64,000 bases of DNA from a virus (Duplodnaviria > Heunggongvirae > Uroviricota > Caudoviricetes), in the IMG/VR virus record IMGVR_UViG_3300033075_001617, positions 13,560 through 77,559 of that record. One strand, written 5' to 3'. A program made the position numbers and the translations under genes. Positions 40,620 through 50,800 of this stretch are shown here, in pieces; positions within the stretch are counted from its first letter, which is position 1; each line of letters opens with the position of its first letter. Under the pieces are notes generated by a model. It made no database searches. It had not been told where the DNA came from and saw only the letters and a list, made by a program, of their open reading frames with translations.

Positions 40620-42170
40620 GTGAAACCCGTACCCGCTACAATGCTGAGCTTCAAGAAGTCCCTAGAAGAAACCATTCTCAAGATGAGAAGACTGCTGTCC
40701 GAGGCAGGAGAGAAGCCGAACATGCAGACCGCCCGCAGGGTCGTGGGTCGCGTGGATCCAACGGCCGCCTCCCAAATGGCTCATACCAGCGCGATGTCCT
40801 ATGCGGACAGATTGGGAGCCACGGACAAGATGAGAGCGAACAACATCATTATCAGCACTCTTACCAGAGGTTATGTTGGTGCTATCGATGCCTCGTTCAT
40901 CAAGGACCTAGACGCAAGGTGGGTAAACAGCAAGCGCGTGAGCCTCGATACTCCTCAACTCATATCATATGATTACATCATACAGATGCTTGGTTACCTG
41001 TACAACTCTCCGGACGGACAACCAATAGAGGTCGGTGGACAACAAGTGATGGACACCAAAGGGAAACCCGTCCTGATGAGTTCCAGCATAAAGAACAACA
41101 TCAAGGAGGGGCTCTTGAAGATGTTCAATCTGAAGGATAAGGATGGACGTTGGAAGTGGTTCATCTTCGGCTCCAACTTCCCCGGCGTATCGATGGTACC
41201 ATCACAGTACAGGCCCAAGATATCAACGAAGCCCGATGGTACGCTCGACTTCGATGAGGTGGATCAGAACATCGCATATCTGGACTTCTGGCTCAAAAGC
41301 GGTCAATTGTTGAACATGATGACCAAGTCCGGCTTCTACGACAAAGGGTTCGCCTATGTGCTTACGGCGCTTCGTATGAAGTACATCGAAATGCAGCGTG
41401 ACAAGGGCCGTGGCAAAAAGAGGAACAGCGATGCTGATATGACCATGCCTGACGCCGAGTGGCAAGACAAGGTGAAGCACGACCTCATGAATGATCCATC
41501 CATGGTCGGAGGAAAGTCACATCTGGGCGGCAAGATCGATCAGACCATGGACCTTCGCTACCTCGGTACTAAGGACAGAGGTGAGGATCCCGGACACAAT
41601 TCACTCACGCGCTTCGTTAACGCGCTCAAGGTGGACATTGATGGATCAAGTGACCTCGACGGCGATAGCTCAGAAGTAGCAGCCATGGCCAAGTTCGTGG
41701 CCGAAGGCCTGCTTAAGTTCGTAACTGAGTACTACGCGCAGGACCCCAAATTCATCGACCTATACAAGGCCAAGATGTCAAGAACACCTCCGTCTTTGAA
41801 TGACATCACCGCTCCTGAGTTCGCCCAAATGTACCCCCATGCGAACGCATGGTTCGCTGGCAAACCAAGGAACTACCCGCAGGTCTATTTCGGAAATGCC
41901 TACAAGAAGGCCATCAAGCCTGAGGCGGAGAACCTAGAGGCCCAGTTCATCAAGGACATGGGCCTCGACACCAAACCTACTGGTGCCAATGATGCATGGC
42001 AGGAGAAGGAGAAAAACAACGATGAAAAACTTTCATACAACGACTACGTCCATGATGACCCGAACGATGTGTGGCAATCACTGGAAGAGATCGATGGTGC
42101 TGGTGACGGCCAGAAGTTGAAGGCAGCCATGTCCATGGCTCTCGACAAGTTCTTCCTCAGCGAGAACTGA
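40620..42170 (+). CDS. hypothetical protein (516 aa)
   Basis: Long plus-strand ORF with no recognised motif. Confidence 0.55.
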   Translation: MKPVPATMLSFKKSLEETILKMRRLLSEAGEKPNMQTARRVVGRVDPTAASQMAHTSAMSYADRLGATDKMRANNIIISTLTRGYVGAIDASFIKDLDARWVNSKRVSLDTPQLISYDYIIQMLGYLYNSPDGQPIEVGGQQVMDTKGKPVLMSSSIKNNIKEGLLKMFNLKDKDGRWKWFIFGSNFPGVSMVPSQYRPKISTKPDGTLDFDEVDQNIAYLDFWLKSGQLLNMMTKSGFYDKGFAYVLTALRMKYIEMQRDKGRGKKRNSDADMTMPDAEWQDKVKHDLMNDPSMVGGKSHLGGKIDQTMDLRYLGTKDRGEDPGHNSLTRFVNALKVDIDGSSDLDGDSSEVAAMAKFVAEGLLKFVTEYYAQDPKFIDLYKAKMSRTPPSLNDITAPEFAQMYPHANAWFAGKPRNYPQVYFGNAYKKAIKPEAENLEAQFIKDMGLDTKPTGANDAWQEKEKNNDEKLSYNDYVHDDPNDVWQSLEEIDGAGDGQKLKAAMSMALDKFFLSEN

Positions 42171-42387
42171 CCACCACGGCCTTGAACGCCGTATCCGTGA
42201 TAGGCTCCAAGCTGCCATCTGGCATTCTCTTGTAGATGTTCAGATTGGAGTCGAACAGCACCCTGTCGTAAGGCATCTTGGTGTTGATGATGCCATTCTG
42301 GGTGATGCGTATCAAGGGTACCTCTCCCTGTCCCAAGTAGGATTCGAACATCTTGTCCACGTCGGAGTGGAACTTCTCATTTTCCAT
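42157..42387 (-). CDS. hypothetical small protein
   Basis: 76 aa. Confidence 0.3.
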   Translation of the reverse strand: MENEKFHSDVDKMFESYLGQGEVPLIRITQNGIINTKMPYDRVLFDSNLNIYKRMPDGSLEPITDTAFKAVVVSSR

Positions 42388-42865
42388 CGGTTGTCGGTAT
42401 TGGATAGTGAATCTGTGGCTGGAATTCCAGCACGATAAGGTCCGTCATTTCCTTGATCTTCTCCTTCTCTGCCGCCATCATGATCTCGAACTCCGGCATA
42501 AGCAGGTCCGGGAACTCATCCAGATGGAACCACTTCTGGTCCGCCAGTCCGCCCTCGGTGAGGATGTCGGCCTCCACTTCACTGTTGAAGAAGCCGAGAA
42601 ACGTATAGTAGATGACACGTTCATCCTCATAAACATGCACGGGCTCCTCCACGAAGTGGTAGGGCGTGTCGATGCGGGTCTCTTCCCAGAACTCACGCTT
42701 GGCGCATGATTGCGGCGTGATGTCGATGCCATCCTCGAATTTTCCTCCCCATGAGGCCCACGTGTTGCCGTACATCACGTGAGGATGACGCTTCGACAGC
42801 AGCGCCCTGTCGGTGTTGATGCAGATGGGCAGGACGCCTGCTGCGATGATCTTCTTGGTCTCCAT
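42377..42865 (-). CDS. Nudix hydrolase (second copy)
   Basis: GGKFEDGIDITPQSCAKREFWEETRI approximates the Nudix box G-x5-E-x7-REUxEE. Confidence 0.55.
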   Translation of the reverse strand: METKKIIAAGVLPICINTDRALLSKRHPHVMYGNTWASWGGKFEDGIDITPQSCAKREFWEETRIDTPYHFVEEPVHVYEDERVIYYTFLGFFNSEVEADILTEGGLADQKWFHLDEFPDLLMPEFEIMMAAEKEKIKEMTDLIVLEFQPQIHYPIPTTDGK

Positions 42866-42889
42866 GTTGGTTATACGGTCAAAGGTACC

Positions 42890-44350
42890 TCAAGGTTTCC
42901 CGAAAAGCATGTAGTGAAGCTTGTGGCGGGCACGGGATATGGCGACATAGTGGATGTTCCTCTCCTCCACGCTATCGTCGTCATATTCGAAGCTGACCTT
43001 CTTGAACTCCTTCTCCGGAAGGGTAAAGCCGTTGTCCTCCAACACCTCAGGCGCTATTGAGTTCACCACCACACAGACATTGAACTCGCGACCCTTGCTC
43101 TTGTGGATGGAGGTGATGAGCTTCTTGCTGTCCTTGTTCTGCTCGATGAACTCGATCAACTGACGTTCCCCGCCGAAGGTCCTTGAGAGGGAGTCCAGCT
43201 TCCTCTGGAGCATCGGGCTCACCTTGCCTTCGTTGAAGAGGGTCACATCTTTCGGCGTGATGAAGTTGAAGTAGCGCATCGGGTACTTCATCCCGAGGAA
43301 GACTTGCTCGATGTACTTGATCACCTTGTTGGTCCTTACAAGCACCGCCACTTCTTCATGACTATCGAGCACCTCTCGGAGTTGTTCAGAGCGCGTGAGA
43401 ATGGTGTAGTCCACTTCTCCGGCATCCTTACTGTGCGCTCTAGCCTTCAGGTTGGAGTAATTGTTGGAGTTCTCCACAATGGACGTGTCCGAACGGAAAT
43501 TGATCGTCAAGGTCATGTCCTCTACTTCACGACGCTCACGCAGCATCTCGGCCAGTTTCTCGCAGTTAGTTCCGGTGTATTGGTAGATGCTCTGGTTCTT
43601 GTCTCCTATGAGATAGTAGTGCCTCGCGTTCAACGCCAGAAGTGTCTTGAGTTGAATGGTGCTCGTATCTTGGAACTCGTCAATGAAGATATAGTCGTAC
43701 TTCCCTTTGAACATCTGGAGCCACTTGTCCTCCTTGAACAATTCGTGGACCTCGATGAGCATGTCGGCGAAGTCGCGCCCCCTCTTCTCCCGTTGGTACT
43801 TCTCATATTCCAAGAAGTAAGTGGGCAGTTTCGACTTGATGCCGTCCGCCCGCTGCAACTTGAAGGCACTTATCTGGCCGGAGATCAGATCGGCCGACTC
43901 GTACATCTCCGATACGTTGTTATAGAACTCCTCTATGTCAGAGCGCGGAGCCATGGAAGGCGGCTTGTACGCCGCTTTGTACCAGTCAATGAAATCAAAG
44001 AAGTTCGTCACCTCTTTCTTCTTGCCCGCGCGCAGCAGGACCGACAAACAGAAAGCATGTATCGTGGTGATCTTGATGTCCTTGTTCTCGATACGCTTTA
44101 TCAATTCGTCCGTAGCCGCCTTGGTGAAAGAGAAGAAGATGATCTTCTTGGGGTCCACACCGCGTTTGAGCAGATGCTTGAGCCTGCGCACGGAACTGTA
44201 CGTCTTGCCGCTACCTGCGGTAGCCGCCAGTATCACACTCTTCTTCCCACCATACTCGATGAAGGTTGTCTGCTCCTCGGTATCGGATTGGGCGTCTATC
44301 TGGTCCAACAAGGTTACCTGCCGTACGTCCTCTTTCTTTCTGCGGCTCAT
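42890..44350 (-). CDS. UvrD/PcrA-like superfamily-1 DNA helicase
   Basis: Walker A AATAGSGKTYS, and SF1 motifs II (FIDEFQDTS) and VI (VAISRARHKL). 486 aa. Confidence 0.85.
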   Translation of the reverse strand: MSRRKKEDVRQVTLLDQIDAQSDTEEQTTFIEYGGKKSVILAATAGSGKTYSSVRRLKHLLKRGVDPKKIIFFSFTKAATDELIKRIENKDIKITTIHAFCLSVLLRAGKKKEVTNFFDFIDWYKAAYKPPSMAPRSDIEEFYNNVSEMYESADLISGQISAFKLQRADGIKSKLPTYFLEYEKYQREKRGRDFADMLIEVHELFKEDKWLQMFKGKYDYIFIDEFQDTSTIQLKTLLALNARHYYLIGDKNQSIYQYTGTNCEKLAEMLRERREVEDMTLTINFRSDTSIVENSNNYSNLKARAHSKDAGEVDYTILTRSEQLREVLDSHEEVAVLVRTNKVIKYIEQVFLGMKYPMRYFNFITPKDVTLFNEGKVSPMLQRKLDSLSRTFGGERQLIEFIEQNKDSKKLITSIHKSKGREFNVCVVVNSIAPEVLEDNGFTLPEKEFKKVSFEYDDDSVEERNIHYVAISRARHKLHYMLFGKP

Positions 44351-45159
44351 GCTCCCTCAATGATGGCGTTCTTGGCTTTTTTCAGGATACGTTCGGCGAT
44401 GTTCAATGCGTCCTTCGGCACTTCGGCCTTTGGCGTACGCATCCAATCGTAGTAGTCAGAGTGGTTGATGAGCGTGTCGGCCACCGGCTTGCCCTTGTGC
44501 TTGCCGATGTTGAACACGGCCTTGTTGTTCTCGTCTAGGACGAACCACCCGCGCACGTCCAATGTCTTTACGGTTCCACATTTCTTGGCAATGGCAACAA
44601 GGTCTTCACCCTCGCTCTCCAATGGCTTGAGCATGTTGTCCATCATTGGCTCCAAGATGTCGACATATCGCTCTGTGCTGATGGGGTCCATTACGGCAAC
44701 TGTGCTATCAACGTATTGCGCAGCGGCGGCCTTGAACGTGCGTGGGTTCAACTTCACGTACAGGTCGTGCAGATCGATGATCTCCCTGTTGTGTACCGTG
44801 AATGACAAGCCCAGCCTGTCGAACTCCGCCATGAGCATCTCAAGATCGAACCTGACGTTGAAGCCCACGATGTCGGAGTCGTTGATGAAGTCGTACAAGT
44901 TCTTCCCGACCTGATCGAACGTTTTCTCCTTGTCGGCGATCTCATTGGTGATGCCATGGATGGCGATGGCCTCCTGAGGTATCTCCCGCTCCGGGTTGAT
45001 CAACCTCGTGCCGGACTTGCGCTTTCCGTCCGGCCCTACTTTGGTGATGGTTATTCCCACCACCCTATCAGTTCTCATATCCAGCCCTGTGGTGTGAACC
45101 TTGATGATGGAGATCGGCTTTTTGATGGACAGTTTCATAGCTCGGGTGTTATTCCGCAA
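44347..45159 (-). CDS. DnaQ-like DEDD 3'-5' exonuclease
   Basis: Exo II-like GFNVRFDLEMLMAEF and Exo III-like IIDLHDLY. Exo I region (VHTTGLD) is atypical. 4-nt overlap with the helicase gene. Confidence 0.55.
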   Translation of the reverse strand: MRNNTRAMKLSIKKPISIIKVHTTGLDMRTDRVVGITITKVGPDGKRKSGTRLINPEREIPQEAIAIHGITNEIADKEKTFDQVGKNLYDFINDSDIVGFNVRFDLEMLMAEFDRLGLSFTVHNREIIDLHDLYVKLNPRTFKAAAAQYVDSTVAVMDPISTERYVDILEPMMDNMLKPLESEGEDLVAIAKKCGTVKTLDVRGWFVLDENNKAVFNIGKHKGKPVADTLINHSDYYDWMRTPKAEVPKDALNIAERILKKAKNAIIEGA

Positions 45160-45232
45160 AGCTATGATAAAAAACCAAATGACTATCCTAGCTTCTCTTA
45201 AGATAGAACGTCATGACGTAACCCACTGATGA

Positions 45233-46090
45233 TCAGAACTCCATCTTCAAGAAGTCCTTCAGGCGGATGCTCTTCTCATAGACACGCATGCGCTTGATGG
45301 CCTCCTTCATTATCTGACGCACCCGCTCGTTGGTTAGATCCAGAGCCTGTCCTATCTCCTTGAGGGTCATGGGCACCGAATCGTTCAGTCCGTAGTACAT
45401 GCTGATGATCTTGATCTCCCGCTCGGACAGCCCGCTCATGGCGTGCTTTAGCTCCTTGCGCAAGCTCTCGTAGTTCATCTTGTTCTCTATGTGTTCATGG
45501 TCCCCTCCGTCCAGCATGTCTTCGTAGCGAAGACCTTCGGAGTTGGGCACCGGCTCATCGATGTGGAACTCGAAGTTCCCGTCCATCAGATAGCTCTTCA
45601 CGTCGTTGGGCGTTACGTCCGCCTTGGCCAGTATCTCTTCCTCGTTCGGTGCCCTCTCTAAGGTCTGTGTGAGCCGCTCTTTGGCTTTGGTGATCTTGTT
45701 GATCGAGTTGATCTTGTTGATGGGAAGCCGTACGTTGCACTTATGGTCGTTGATGGACTTGATGATGGACTGCCTGACCCACCACACCGCGTAGCTGATG
45801 AACTTGAATCCTTTGGTCTCATCGAACCGGTTCACCGCCTCCATGAGACCAATGTTACCGTCGCTTATGAGGTCCTCCAGCGGGATGCCGCTCGCCTTGT
45901 ATTCCTTGGCTATTGAAATGACGAAGCGCAAGTTGCATTCGATGAGTTCATCAAACGCCTTCTTGTCGCCTGCCTTCGCTCGCACTGCCAGCTTGATCTG
46001 CTCGTCACCGCTTCTTACGGCGGTCTTCTTCACATCTCTGTAGTAGCTCCTTATAGCGATATTATCCTTGTACTCGATCTCACTGCTCAT
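45233..46090 (-). CDS. sigma-70 family RNA polymerase sigma factor
   Basis: Region 2 DLISDGNIGLMEAVNRFDETKGFKFISYAVWWVRQ and region 4 HTH LKEIGQALDLTNERVRQI. 285 aa. Confidence 0.9.
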   Translation of the reverse strand: MSSEIEYKDNIAIRSYYRDVKKTAVRSGDEQIKLAVRAKAGDKKAFDELIECNLRFVISIAKEYKASGIPLEDLISDGNIGLMEAVNRFDETKGFKFISYAVWWVRQSIIKSINDHKCNVRLPINKINSINKITKAKERLTQTLERAPNEEEILAKADVTPNDVKSYLMDGNFEFHIDEPVPNSEGLRYEDMLDGGDHEHIENKMNYESLRKELKHAMSGLSEREIKIISMYYGLNDSVPMTLKEIGQALDLTNERVRQIMKEAIKRMRVYEKSIRLKDFLKMEF

Positions 46091-46105
46091 CTATATTATT
46101 ACATA

Positions 46106-46726
46106 TCAGTCTTCCCACTTTAGCGCGGTGAAGAAACTCTTGATCCTCTCGAAGTCGTCCTTGTCGGTTATGGTTATGTAAGCGTTCGTCTCCTTTCCCT
46201 TACTGTCATCATCCATAGAGAAGCCTCGCACCTGAAGACTGAGGTAACGCACTTCATTACCCTTCTGACGATAGCTCATAAGATCGAATTCAACATATCC
46301 TCCTGCTGGAGCCCCAACGCTGAGATATGTCCCCGTTTGTCCTACCGGCATTTCCTGAACAGTCTCTACCTCCTCGTGCGCGATGACCCTCTCAACAGGT
46401 TGAACATGTTGAACAGGAGCAGGCGTGGGAGCGGGTGGTGGAGCTACCGCAACTGGAGCAGCGGCTGGAACAGCAACTGCTGGGGCTGCTTCTTGTGTCT
46501 TCAGCTTATTGGCTTGTAGCGGTGGAAGCGCTCTGATGTTCGGTGGCATGTTGGCTCTGCGCAAAGTATTCTGTGTATTGTGATCTTCTCTACCTACAAA
46601 CTTTAGGATAGCCCTCCGGGCGACCCATATCAAATATAGCAAAAATGTAGCTAATATACAAATGATAGCACCACTACAGGCTCCTTGCACTGTGAACGTT
46701 CGTGATATGATGCTTGACAAATCCAA
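46106..46726 (-). CDS. hypothetical membrane-anchored Pro/Ala-rich protein
   Basis: N-terminal TM helix followed by a PAVAVPAAAPVAVAPPPAP low-complexity linker. Confidence 0.45.
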   Translation of the reverse strand: MDLSSIISRTFTVQGACSGAIICILATFLLYLIWVARRAILKFVGREDHNTQNTLRRANMPPNIRALPPLQANKLKTQEAAPAVAVPAAAPVAVAPPPAPTPAPVQHVQPVERVIAHEEVETVQEMPVGQTGTYLSVGAPAGGYVEFDLMSYRQKGNEVRYLSLQVRGFSMDDDSKGKETNAYITITDKDDFERIKSFFTALKWED

Positions 46727-47435
46727 TGTCAGGATACTTTGCTTTTACTCCTTGCTCTGAAGCCTCCAGCCAAGATTCGTTGTCCTCATAGAAGTGGACC
46801 ATTTCCCAGCCGTTCTGTTCTATGCTTGACAGTATGACGTTCAGCTTGAAGTCCTTGATACCACCATTGCCATCCTTAGGATAACAATGTAATCCATAGT
46901 TGGGGTATTCCAGATCCAAGGCGGACAGCCTGCTTTCGATGTCTGGGATCAAAACGCTATTGCGACCCGTGAGGATCATCTTGTTATGCGCAGCATGATA
47001 AGCCTGCGCCACATCCGGGTTCAGGACCGAACCTATGGTCTGTGGATTGGAGTGGAAGCCCCTGATCTGCAACACGATGATGTGACCATCCCGCTCCCCG
47101 AGAATGTCCAGCAGATCGGAGATGGATGAGCGCTTCACACCATACAGTTTCTTGAAAGCTTCAGGCTTCATCGTGCTGAGCGTACTTTCAAGCTTTTCTT
47201 TCATGACCGACAACATATGGGCGGGCAAGGGAGAGCGGCTCTTGGCGTCCACAAGAATGATGAAGTCACCTTGCGTAATAAGATCTATGTCCTTGGACAT
47301 GAACAACATAAATGCCTGCTTGGCGTGCCGTACGAAGTCGGTCAACCGTGGGTCAAGACCCTGCGTAAGGAACTCTGCGAATGTTGGCGTCACCAGCAGG
47401 GTGTCGTCCATGTCGAATATGTGAATCGTCCTCAT
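46674..47435 (-). CDS. HAD-superfamily hydrolase/phosphatase
   Basis: HAD motif I IHIFDMDDTLL (DxDxT) at the chosen start. Confidence 0.5.
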   Translation of the reverse strand: MRTIHIFDMDDTLLVTPTFAEFLTQGLDPRLTDFVRHAKQAFMLFMSKDIDLITQGDFIILVDAKSRSPLPAHMLSVMKEKLESTLSTMKPEAFKKLYGVKRSSISDLLDILGERDGHIIVLQIRGFHSNPQTIGSVLNPDVAQAYHAAHNKMILTGRNSVLIPDIESRLSALDLEYPNYGLHCYPKDGNGGIKDFKLNVILSSIEQNGWEMVHFYEDNESWLEASEQGVKAKYPDIGFVKHHITNVHSARSL

Positions 47436-47486
47436 AGTGAAACAGTTTGCCCCTCTTTGACGTATAAATACTGACTTTGATTCATC

Positions 47487-47924
47487 ATGGACGGAATAAA
47501 GCGGTTCAGGCATAAGCTCTACTACATCCACTTCGGCCTGAGCAACCCCCATTCAGCCATACACGGCGCCATGGTCGATGCTTTTGACTCCAATGATCGT
47601 TGGATAGCCTTCGACCATTTCACCTACCTCGTCTACACCCCCAAGGAGTTCGAGGCGGTTCAGCGGTCGATCGGCATCCATATGATAGGTAAGATAGACG
47701 ACTTCATGGTCATGAACGTTGGTTATGTTACAGCCATGACCACCTTCACCGACAGGAACGACATCATCACCTTCCTCCGATCGATCAAGAGGAACACGGT
47801 GCGCCCGATGCTGGAATACCCCTCACAAGAGCGTATTGACGAACTGCTTGACAAGGTGTCCGAAAGTGGCGTAGAGAGCCTGAGTCCTAGGGAATTGGAG
47901 ATACTGCGCCTACTCAGTTCGTGA
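47487..47924 (+). CDS. hypothetical protein
   Basis: 145-aa plus-strand ORF. Confidence 0.45.
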   Translation: MDGIKRFRHKLYYIHFGLSNPHSAIHGAMVDAFDSNDRWIAFDHFTYLVYTPKEFEAVQRSIGIHMIGKIDDFMVMNVGYVTAMTTFTDRNDIITFLRSIKRNTVRPMLEYPSQERIDELLDKVSESGVESLSPRELEILRLLSS

Positions 47925-48549
47925 CCGAGGATAGCTGGTCGAGTATGGAGTCCAATTCCGTCTCTGGCAGTGTTGAGAAGGCATCGTTGAACGTCATGGT
48001 CTTGTGGATGTTCTTGGCATAGTACAACACCTCCTTGTTGACGTCGGCGTACCATTCCTTGCCGCTGATGACCACCACGGGCAGATTCATAAGACCACCC
48101 CTCTTTCTGGCGCCATGCGCTGGCCTGTCCTCCAGATCGCTCGTGGTGATGAGATATGAGCCCTTCTCCGTCACTATGCGCTTGAGCTTGGCGATGCTCA
48201 CCACGTATTGGACATCCCTCGGGACGTACTTCTCATGGGAGAACATGGTGGTGACCAGATCATTGTTGCGCACAACAGCCCAAAGCGTGTTGCCCACGGA
48301 TGGCTCCCACTTGTCGCTCACAAAGGCTTTGAATACCGTGCCGGACTGGAACAATTTCACACCAACACTCGCGCCTCTTGGAAAGTCGATCCTCGTCAAC
48401 AGATCCAATAGCGGCTCTATGACGCTCCTGTTGAGTGGCGGGGTTATCCTGTCTGGGTCAAGAAGCCGCTCTGCCACACGGTCGGTGTAATGGGCTGTCT
48501 GTACAGCCTCCAGTACCAACCTCCGAATGATGGACCTGAGTTCATGCAC
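47914..48549 (-). CDS. hypothetical protein
   Basis: 211-aa ORF. Confidence 0.5.
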   Translation of the reverse strand: MHELRSIIRRLVLEAVQTAHYTDRVAERLLDPDRITPPLNRSVIEPLLDLLTRIDFPRGASVGVKLFQSGTVFKAFVSDKWEPSVGNTLWAVVRNNDLVTTMFSHEKYVPRDVQYVVSIAKLKRIVTEKGSYLITTSDLEDRPAHGARKRGGLMNLPVVVISGKEWYADVNKEVLYYAKNIHKTMTFNDAFSTLPETELDSILDQLSSVTN

Positions 48550-48550
48550 C

Positions 48551-48838
48551 TCAATACAGCGTTTTGTACTTGAGTATCTTCTGCATCTTCACAGCGTCCA
48601 GAACAAGACCTTGGCCCGATTTGAGAGTGATGAAGTACTCTTTCGAAATGGCATCCTCCAAAAGTTCGAAGCTCAGACGGGTCCCCTCAACGGAAAACCC
48701 TCTCTGGGAGAACGTTGCCTTCCATGGCGCATCTGTCTTAGTGTCGAACGAAACGGTCGTTGACCCTTTTTTTGTGGCGGCCCCAGAAAGGGCTTCATTC
48801 ACCACCTTCATGATGTTACCAACGAGCTTCGGCTCCAT
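48551..48838 (-). CDS. hypothetical protein
   Basis: 95-aa ORF. Confidence 0.4.
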   Translation of the reverse strand: MEPKLVGNIMKVVNEALSGAATKKGSTTVSFDTKTDAPWKATFSQRGFSVEGTRLSFELLEDAISKEYFITLKSGQGLVLDAVKMQKILKYKTLY

Positions 48839-48886
48839 ATACGCTCTCTTTCACATAAATAGGGCGCAAACGAACGCCGTGGGCCC

Positions 48887-49138
48887 TTATCCCTCCAATG
48901 GAGGAACTGGGGCAGATGCCATGTAATCCCGCATCTCCTTGTCCACAATGCTTCCACCTTCTCCAGAAAGCCTGCTGATCAATTCATCCAGTTTCTTCTT
49001 CTTGGCGAGCATGATCTGCTTTCTCTTCTCTATGCGGAGGTGCTTTTCATCGCGGGACGCTTTTTCCTTGGTGAACTTCTTCACTCCCCTCTTGGCGTGA
49101 GCCCTCCTCTGCTTGGTTGTCTTCTTGTTCTTCTTCAT
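48887..49138 (-). CDS. hypothetical basic (Lys-rich) protein
   Basis: 83 aa, highly basic. Confidence 0.4.
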   Translation of the reverse strand: MKKNKKTTKQRRAHAKRGVKKFTKEKASRDEKHLRIEKRKQIMLAKKKKLDELISRLSGEGGSIVDKEMRDYMASAPVPPLEG

Positions 49139-49168
49139 GGAGAGAATATAGTAGAAAACAGCCCGGAC

Positions 49169-49675
49169 TCAAACTTTGTAGTACCGTACGTACACGCTGC
49201 TCGGAGGACTCGATGGCAGTATGGCGAACTTGAGCGGCCCTTGCGAGATCTTGGACAACAAGTGCGCGGCAAAATCCTCCTTGCTGTTCCGCGTGCTATC
49301 GAAATGAACCACGAAATCGTAGTACTTGGCGCTGTCCCGCACCATCGTAACGCCGTTGATGCTTCCTTCCAGTCTCGCTTTTATGTGGTTCTCCACGTCG
49401 TTTGGAGACAGGGGTTCATTTTCGTTCTTGGCGGGTTTCAGTTGGTCGGGCACCTCGAACACCGAATGCTTCACAGGACTCACTACGATCTCATAGAGGT
49501 GGCCATCCTGTTCTGACCTGAACCACGAAACCACTCTGCCCGTGGCATCGGACGATGTCTCCAGCATACGCAACTTCTGCAACCCCATCATCATGCGCAC
49601 AATGTCACGCGCGCCGTTGCGGAGATTTGCCTCCTTCAGCACGAAACGGACCATAGAGCGGATATCCATGTCCAT
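49169..49675 (-). CDS. hypothetical protein
   Basis: ORF trimmed past an Arg-rich, unlikely N-terminal extension to Met MDMDIRS. Confidence 0.45.
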   Translation of the reverse strand: MDMDIRSMVRFVLKEANLRNGARDIVRMMMGLQKLRMLETSSDATGRVVSWFRSEQDGHLYEIVVSPVKHSVFEVPDQLKPAKNENEPLSPNDVENHIKARLEGSINGVTMVRDSAKYYDFVVHFDSTRNSKEDFAAHLLSKISQGPLKFAILPSSPPSSVYVRYYKV

Positions 49676-49730
49676 AAATACCAAGGAGGAGCCTTGTTGG
49701 CTCCTCCTTGTGTCTCGGAACGCTCGTACC

Positions 49731-49940
49731 TTACTTGGCAGTGCCCACCGAGGCGCTGGCAGCAACCGTGTCAACCACGACCGTGTCGACCTGAGCCGAA
49801 GCCGCTGTCGTGTCGACCGAGGCAGTGTCGACGGCCGTAACCGTCGAATCAATGTCTTCCGTAACTGCCGGAGCTTCAGGTGAAGAACATGCCGCGACCA
49901 TGGCCGCGACCAATGAGAAAATCAGTAATGTGCGTTTCAT
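49731..49940 (-). CDS. putative small lipoprotein
   Basis: Signal peptide with lipobox LVAAMVAAC, then a Thr/Val/Asp-rich sequence. 69 aa. Confidence 0.45.
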   Translation of the reverse strand: MKRTLLIFSLVAAMVAACSSPEAPAVTEDIDSTVTAVDTASVDTTAASAQVDTVVVDTVAASASVGTAK

Positions 49941-49990
49941 TTTGGCTTTATTGCTAGTGCAAATCTACACTAAATAGGGCGCCAAATCAA

Positions 49991-50800
49991 TCACTGTACA
50001 TCCTTTTTCTTCAGAGACTCTATCTCCTGCTTGATGACAACTGCTCGTTCATAGTCTTCTAAGGATATGGCTTTACGAAGTTCGTATTCCTTGTCCTCCA
50101 ATGACACGGCGGCGTACTCCATGTCGTCCCCCGAGACGATGCGTTCTAGGTCTTGCAGGTGCTCCTCACGCTTTGATGGGTCACCGAACCATGTTACGGT
50201 TTCTATGAACCCTCCGATCATGTCATACAGCGTAATATCCTTCTTGGCCTCCATGATGTTCACGAAGCTCGTCTCGTTCCTTCCGCTGGGACCTTTCTCG
50301 AAGACAACGTCGGTTATCCTCATGATGTCGCACAGGATGATGGGCAGGTGCTTCCACTCGTTCAGCGGCATCTCCGACAGGTTATGATAGGTCGTCTCTC
50401 GCCTCCATTTCTTGGACACGCCATTGACGACCATCGACAGGCAGAGTTCATTGGGCTGGCCTCGTCTATCGGACCTGTAGTAATCAGCCGTCCAGCCTAT
50501 CTCTACAGAGGTGAGGTCGCCGCGCCTGATCTTCGGCACCTGACACATCTCCTCATAGAAGGGGCGCATCTTGTGTCCTTTGGAGAAACCAAAGCACAGT
50601 ATGTCAACCTCATCCTCATGTGACATGAGCGTGTTCATGAGGTTCTCCACTGTGACACCCTTGTCAATCGTGACCAGATCCTGCAAGTACAGGAAAATGG
50701 GTCCCTCTGCCGGAGAGAAAGACACCTCGCTCAAGGACTCATCGTACTCATTGACGTAGAATCCATCGGGTTTCAGAATGATTCTTCCCACGTGTCTCAT
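49991..50800 (-). CDS. hypothetical protein
   Basis: 269-aa ORF. 4-nt overlap with nrdA. Confidence 0.5.
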   Translation of the reverse strand: MRHVGRIILKPDGFYVNEYDESLSEVSFSPAEGPIFLYLQDLVTIDKGVTVENLMNTLMSHEDEVDILCFGFSKGHKMRPFYEEMCQVPKIRRGDLTSVEIGWTADYYRSDRRGQPNELCLSMVVNGVSKKWRRETTYHNLSEMPLNEWKHLPIILCDIMRITDVVFEKGPSGRNETSFVNIMEAKKDITLYDMIGGFIETVTWFGDPSKREEHLQDLERIVSGDDMEYAAVSLEDKEYELRKAISLEDYERAVVIKQEIESLKKKDVQ